DNA of 64,000 nucleotides from Cenarchaeum sp. GTDB taxonomy: Archaea > Thermoproteota > Nitrososphaeria > Nitrososphaerales > Nitrosopumilaceae. A program made the translations under genes and the position numbers. Under the pieces are notes generated by a model. It had not been told where the DNA came from, searched no databases, and saw only the letters and a program-made list of their open reading frames with translations. Location of the stretch: positions 800,001 through 864,000 of the forward strand of contig OZ243037.1 of NCBI GenBank assembly GCA_965212015.1, in the 5' to 3' direction. Each line of letters starts with the position of its first letter. Position 1 is the first letter of the stretch. This document shows positions 59,784 to 64,000 of this stretch, in pieces.

Positions 59784-60715
59784 ATCGGCCAGGATCCGCA
59801 CATGCGGCAGAACCGGGAATCCTCATCCACCGGGCTTTTGCAGTACGGGCATGCGCTGTCTGTCCCCGCCTCCAGCTTGTGATGCCTGCAAAACACGTCG
59901 TAATAGTGCATTGATTCCTTTGTCCGCAGCGTGACGCCGTCATTTCTGGCAATCTCTTTTTTTCTTGCGTCAAACTCGTCATCAGGCATTACGGAGTCAA
60001 ACAGCGCCGTAAGCCCGCTTGTGCCAGAGCCGTCCTGCATGGCGGACTTTGTCCTCCATGCTATCTTTTTTGGTATGTGATCCTCAAAGGCCTTGCGCAG
60101 GATCCACTTTCCGTACATGACCCCGCCCTCGGATCCCACCTTGTGGCGCATCGGGATGGACCCTGCCAGCTCGGGGACCATTCCGGAGAGAAACGGGGAC
60201 TCTATGCGCACGCCCAAGCTCCTGCCGATCTTGTGCGAGGAAAAATGCATCGCATCGCGGATCCTTTTTTGCAGGCCCTCAAGCTCCGATTCTGGCTTTG
60301 TCAGAAAAAAGTTGTATCCCGCAAACAGCTCGTCGGCCCCGTCGCCGGTTATCAGGCCCCTTGCCCCGCGCCTCTTGGCGTGCTCTATTGCAATGTACAT
60401 TACTACCGAGTTTCTGACCTCGATGTCGTTAAAGTTGCCCAGGATTCGGATGGTCTTTTCTACTGCGTCAAGTATCCTGGCAGTAGACGCGCTCTGGATG
60501 TCAAGCGGGATTCCAAGGTTCCCTGAGATCATCTGGCAGTAAACAAGGTCGGAGGCGACAAAATCTTCTGCAATCACGGCCAGCGCCGCGGGCTTTTTTT
60601 CCCGCATGAGGTGGGCGATAATCGAGCTGTCCAGGCCGCCGGACAGGGCCAGGTATTCGGACCGGCACGACAGGACCGAGTCTTTTAGCGCCTGATACAG
60701 GCGATGCGTTTCCAA
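59780..60715 (-). CDS. Asparagine synthase C-terminal-domain protein
   Basis: LSGGLDSS, TGDGADELFAGY, KWILRKAF, C-terminal double Zn-ribbon; start TTG 60715. Confidence 0.88.
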   Translation of the reverse strand: METHRLYQALKDSVLSCRSEYLALSGGLDSSIIAHLMREKKPAALAVIAEDFVASDLVYCQMISGNLGIPLDIQSASTARILDAVEKTIRILGNFNDIEVRNSVVMYIAIEHAKRRGARGLITGDGADELFAGYNFFLTKPESELEGLQKRIRDAMHFSSHKIGRSLGVRIESPFLSGMVPELAGSIPMRHKVGSEGGVMYGKWILRKAFEDHIPKKIAWRTKSAMQDGSGTSGLTALFDSVMPDDEFDARKKEIARNDGVTLRTKESMHYYDVFCRHHKLEAGTDSACPYCKSPVDEDSRFCRMCGSWPI

Positions 60716-60756
60716 CACGGCAGGGTACGGCCTGCAGTTATAATACCTTGGCGGAT

Positions 60757-60764
60757 AAAAAAAA
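60757..60764 (-). terminator. Poly-U terminator of RNase P RNA
   Basis: T8 on - strand immediately after the P1 3' strand. Confidence 0.6.
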
Positions 60765-60766
60765 GG

Positions 60767-61052
60767 GCGCGTGTCAGGAGTAACCCTCCTTTTGTTTTCA
60801 CGATATTGCGCTTTGCGGCATACCTGAGCCAGTACAGGAACTGTCGGCTCCGTTTTGCCTTTCTCCATGCGGGACAGACTTTTCATTCCCATCTTGGAAA
60901 CCTCAGGCGTAAGCCATCACTGTGCGCTCCAAGTCGGATTTTTTTTCTGTTCTGTTGCCGGCCATCTCTGACCATCTATCTCCAGATCGCATCTTCCTGT
61001 TCGGAGGGAGGAGTTTCCTCTGCCGTAGCAGCGTGTCGTGCTCTGACTCGCA
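60767..61052 (-). ncRNA. rnpB: RNase P RNA (archaeal)
   Basis: CR-I GAGGAAACTCCTCCC; CR-V AACAAAAGGAGGGTTA (forms P4); P1 GCGAGTCAGAG/CTCCTGACACGC; about 285 nt. Confidence 0.92.
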
Positions 61053-61146
61053 AGACACGTGCAGGCGGGGGCACATTTGAGTTTTACGGACAGCCGCGCA
61101 AAGCGTGACGCATACTTTAAATTCTTACCGCCACACTCGGGAAGTA

Positions 61147-61563
61147 ATGCTGCTGCCCGCCGAGATTGAGTCAAAGTCGCTGATTCCGGCGCTTCGCGCG
61201 ATACTGGCAAAAAAGCTCGCCGTTACCCACAATATAAGGGAGGACAAGATATCAAAGATGCTCGGAGTTACGCAGGCAGCGGTGAGCAACTATATCCGCG
61301 GCACCCGCGGGGATCCAAAGCTCATCGAAAAGCTCGGCAGCCAGGAGCAGGTGGCAAGGATGCTCGAGGAGCTAAGCGAGAGTCTGGCATCGGACATGGC
61401 ATACACCCCGTCTAGCCTCTCAAAGTTCATCGGGCTGTGCAACTATATCAAGTCGAGCCTCATCATATGCGACATACACCACAACCTGGAATCCGACATT
61501 GACGAAAAGATCTGCAAGGAATGCGAGAGCATGCTGCTAAAGGGCCCCGGATCCGTCTATTAG
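61147..61563 (+). CDS. XRE-type HTH transcriptional regulator
   Basis: IPALRAILAKKL, LGVTQAAVSNYIRGTRG, C-terminal Cys/His residues. Confidence 0.85.
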   Translation: MLLPAEIESKSLIPALRAILAKKLAVTHNIREDKISKMLGVTQAAVSNYIRGTRGDPKLIEKLGSQEQVARMLEELSESLASDMAYTPSSLSKFIGLCNYIKSSLIICDIHHNLESDIDEKICKECESMLLKGPGSVY

Positions 61564-61841
61564 GTCCGAGCCAGCGTGATTTCTATTATCGAGAGGGTCC
61601 TTCCCAGCTTTGTGACCTCGTCGCTGTCGACTGTGATTTTTTCGACTGTTACCGTTCCCTTCATGATCTTTTCTGAGATTATGTTGGCAATGGCCACCGC
61701 GCTGGGGATGAACTTGCCCTTGGCCCTCAGGACGAGTGTCTCGGACTTTGCCAGCCTGTCATAGACGTCGATTGCCACATTCATTACGGGATCGTCATAT
61801 ACCTCAAAGATAAGATCGGCATCGGGCGTAGTCATGAGCAT
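61560..61841 (-). CDS. Alba-like DNA/RNA-binding protein
   Basis: LRAKGKFIPSAVAIA, LSIIEITL. Confidence 0.75.
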   Translation of the reverse strand: MLMTTPDADLIFEVYDDPVMNVAIDVYDRLAKSETLVLRAKGKFIPSAVAIANIISEKIMKGTVTVEKITVDSDEVTKLGRTLSIIEITLART

Positions 61842-61893
61842 TATACGGTATTGTTGGGGTTTTCAGTTCATTTAAATTTTAAGAATGATTCGT

Positions 61894-62334
61894 TCATTTG
61901 AAATAGTCTATCGGTATGTTCTGATAGTCGCTGTTTGGAAGAATCCTCCGGATTATGATCGGGATCACCCTCTTGTCGAGCTCCTCCATTGCAATGTCAA
62001 GCGACGTCCTTGCCGTCTCTGGAATCACTATAAACGCCGGCGCCCCCAGCGAGAGCTGCAGCGCGCGGGCACCCATGATTCTGGCCTTTTCAAACCGCGT
62101 CAGCACGGGCGGCCCTATCATTACCTTCTCAGAGGTGATCTGCTGCGGTTCGTGATCAATGTCTATCTCTACTATCTCCCTTGCCTCGATCTCTTTGATC
62201 CTCGTCTCCAAGTCCTCCTGCTGCGACTCTGTCAGCTCGTCGACTTCGATTAGTTTTCTGTACGTATCAAGGGCCTTTGCCAGTCCCGCGTCAATCTCTG
62301 CGGCATCGGCTAGCTGTTCGTTTGTATCCGACAA
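61894..62334 (-). CDS. rpoK: RNA polymerase subunit Rpo6 (K)
   Basis: [29 protein letters not shown]; start TTG 62334. Confidence 0.95.
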   Translation of the reverse strand: MSDTNEQLADAAEIDAGLAKALDTYRKLIEVDELTESQQEDLETRIKEIEAREIVEIDIDHEPQQITSEKVMIGPPVLTRFEKARIMGARALQLSLGAPAFIVIPETARTSLDIAMEELDKRVIPIIIRRILPNSDYQNIPIDYFK

Positions 62335-62472
62335 GTGACATATTCTCAAAAATCGGTTTAATAACCCCTTCTTTTGGCGCATGGCAGGCCGTGCCGCAGG
62401 CCCGTCTTCTGCCTTCCCGGAAGGGCGGCGGCCTCCCAGAGATTAAATATCCAGGCCCCGTACCGAGACGGG

Positions 62473-62856
62473 TTGAGCAAGTCCATATCAAAGACCATTC
62501 TGGTACTGGAGGTGAGGGGAAAGTGCAGCATTACGTGCGAGCTAAAAAGGCACCTCTCGCCGAGAACCATAGGCTATGTCCTGCGCGCGCTGCCGCTAAA
62601 GGGCAACGCGCACCGCATGGGAAGGGGAATAGTATACCTCGAGTCACCTGTGGATTCCGGAATAGAGCGCTCGCGCGAAGAGTTCAAAAAAGGCGACGTT
62701 GCATTTCTGCCGGCAAACGGCGGCATTTGTTTTTTCACCAGGGACGGTGCGCCCAAAGCCGCGATGGGCATAATAGGAAGGGCCACAGGCGACGTGGAAT
62801 CGTTGGACGGAATAGAACCTGGCGACGTAATGGAGCTTTATGCCGCAGGCTTGTAG
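62473..62856 (+). CDS. Cyclophilin-like fold protein (DUF369/TM1367-like)
   Basis: SPRT....LPLKG, GDVAFLP..GGICFF. Confidence 0.8.
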   Translation: MSKSISKTILVLEVRGKCSITCELKRHLSPRTIGYVLRALPLKGNAHRMGRGIVYLESPVDSGIERSREEFKKGDVAFLPANGGICFFTRDGAPKAAMGIIGRATGDVESLDGIEPGDVMELYAAGL

Positions 62857-63152
62857 ATGTAATGTCCGCTGTGGCCGCCGACTTTTTGCACGGCGCCGCT
62901 GCTTGTCGCACCTCTTAGAAACGCGTTGGCAGCAGAAATCTTTACCCCCGTCTGCCTTGCCAGCTCGTGGGCCGTGATGACTTTGGCGTTTTTTATAAAC
63001 TTGGAGGCCTGCGCCTCTGTTAGTGTAACCGTTATCTCTGCCTTTGGGGAGCCGCCTTCGGACTTGTCTGACTTTTTGGATTTCTTAGAGCCGGACTTTT
63101 TGTACTGGGACTTTTCCTTTTGTGCCGGCGACTTGTTCTTTGATCCACCCAT
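62838..63152 (-). CDS. rps25e: Ribosomal protein eS25
   Basis: MGGSKNK basic N-terminus; KVITAHELARQTGVKISAA winged helix. Confidence 0.85.
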   Translation of the reverse strand: MGGSKNKSPAQKEKSQYKKSGSKKSKKSDKSEGGSPKAEITVTLTEAQASKFIKNAKVITAHELARQTGVKISAANAFLRGATSSGAVQKVGGHSGHYIYKPAA

Positions 63153-63486
63153 ATGGTTTTCCAGAAACGCTCCTCTTATAAACGAACATTGCAGGCCGGC
63201 ATCGTACACGGAGCATGTCGGATATGGCGCACCGCAGGGGCGCTTGGGCGTCTGATTCAAGCTTTAGGAATGCGTGTGGCCAGTCTGGCATCCCACGGAT
63301 GCTACATGCCGGAAATAGTCCCCGTGCGTCCTGCCCGCACAGTCAGACCCCAAAAGTTAAAGATTATGACGGTACACGGATGCGGACCTGATGATCCGAC
63401 TGCAGGATAACAGATTTGGGGGGGTCGGATCCTAGTATGGGTAAATACATCGATAAGACTTTATGTGAAGGTCTTGAAAGGTAGTC

Positions 63487-64000
63487 ATGATCCTGCCTGC
63501 AAGGGCAAAATGGTTGCTCGTCATAATAGGTTCAACACGGTATGTTGAAGGCGTGACCAGACTGCACAAATATGGAATCATAATCCATAACAAGTTTTCC
63601 AAAATAGGGTTTTATGACGACTGGCAGGCGGATAAATTCGGCATGTACTCCGTCGAGCTGGCAAGTGATTTAAAGCTGTTACAAGAAAATGATTATGTCG
63701 ATACAAACCACGTCACAAACGAATGGAACAAAAAAGTCCCGAGAATTTCCATTTCTGACAAAGGCAAGGATGCAATTCGGGATTTGGTTAAAGAGTTTCC
63801 CTCCCAGGCAAGTGGAATCTGCGGAATATCCCAGGCATATTTCAACAAATCGCTAAAGGAGCTAATAGCAGACGCCTATACGCTGTATCCGATATATGCC
63901 AGAAAAAGCATAATAAAGCCCGAAATTAACAAAGCTATGGCCAAAGCGGATCCATTTTTCAACCCAGAGTTTGAGATCCCGTTTGAAGCGCCGGAAAAAT
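63487..64000 (+). CDS. Panacea/YwgA-like protein (3'-truncated by window edge)
   Basis: Manual translation: MILPARAKWLL...EGVTRLHKY...WQADKFGMYSVELASDLKLL...ISDKG...LKELIADAYTLYP; AT-rich; open to the window end. Confidence 0.6.
   Translation, partial: MILPARAKWLLVIIGSTRYVEGVTRLHKYGIIIHNKFSKIGFYDDWQADKFGMYSVELASDLKLLQENDYVDTNHVTNEWNKKVPRISISDKGKDAIRDLVKEFPSQASGICGISQAYFNKSLKELIADAYTLYPIYARKSIIKPEINKAMAKADPFFNPEFEIPFEAPEK

Noticed and set aside
60716-61210. N-terminal extension of the asparagine synthase-like ORF, and ORFs 60704..61108 and 60917..61210
   Set aside because: Region is occupied by RNase P RNA
1-64000. CRISPR array, integrase, transposase, or reverse transcriptase/DGR
   Set aside because: No regularly spaced identical repeats, no such protein motifs, and no TR/VR-like pair seen

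Overview
Chromosomal segment of an ammonia-oxidising archaeon (Nitrososphaerota, Nitrosopumilaceae-like gene set and order). GC looks like roughly 55% by eye, as in sponge-associated lineages; the taxonomic call is an inference. Most of it is core genome: SUF Fe-S operon, pgk, mtnP/apt/purD, trxA, archease, hel308-mcm-GINS-rfcS, endA, rpl10e, tRNA-Gly(GCC), polB1, tpiA, Hef-like helicase, parvulin, RNase P RNA, rpoK and rps25e. Accessory material is interspersed. (i) An AT-rich island carries a SAMHD1-like HD dNTPase plus a YwgA/Panacea-like protein. (ii) A 2003-aa modular surface protein has an apparently leaderless promoter with a G11 tract between TATA box and ATG and a 16-bp inverted repeat upstream (candidate phase-variable adhesin locus); an 81-bp MITE-like element with an 8-bp target duplication lies nearby. 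(iii) An AT-rich GNAT gene has an overlapping 51-aa antitoxin-like ORF. (iv) A second Panacea-like ORF starts at the right edge. Elements absent from the ORF track include a C/D-box sRNA, a C2H2-type and a YHS micro-protein and several small ORFs. No CRISPR array, integrase, transposase or reverse transcriptase was seen. Family assignments are from motif recognition only; no searches were run.
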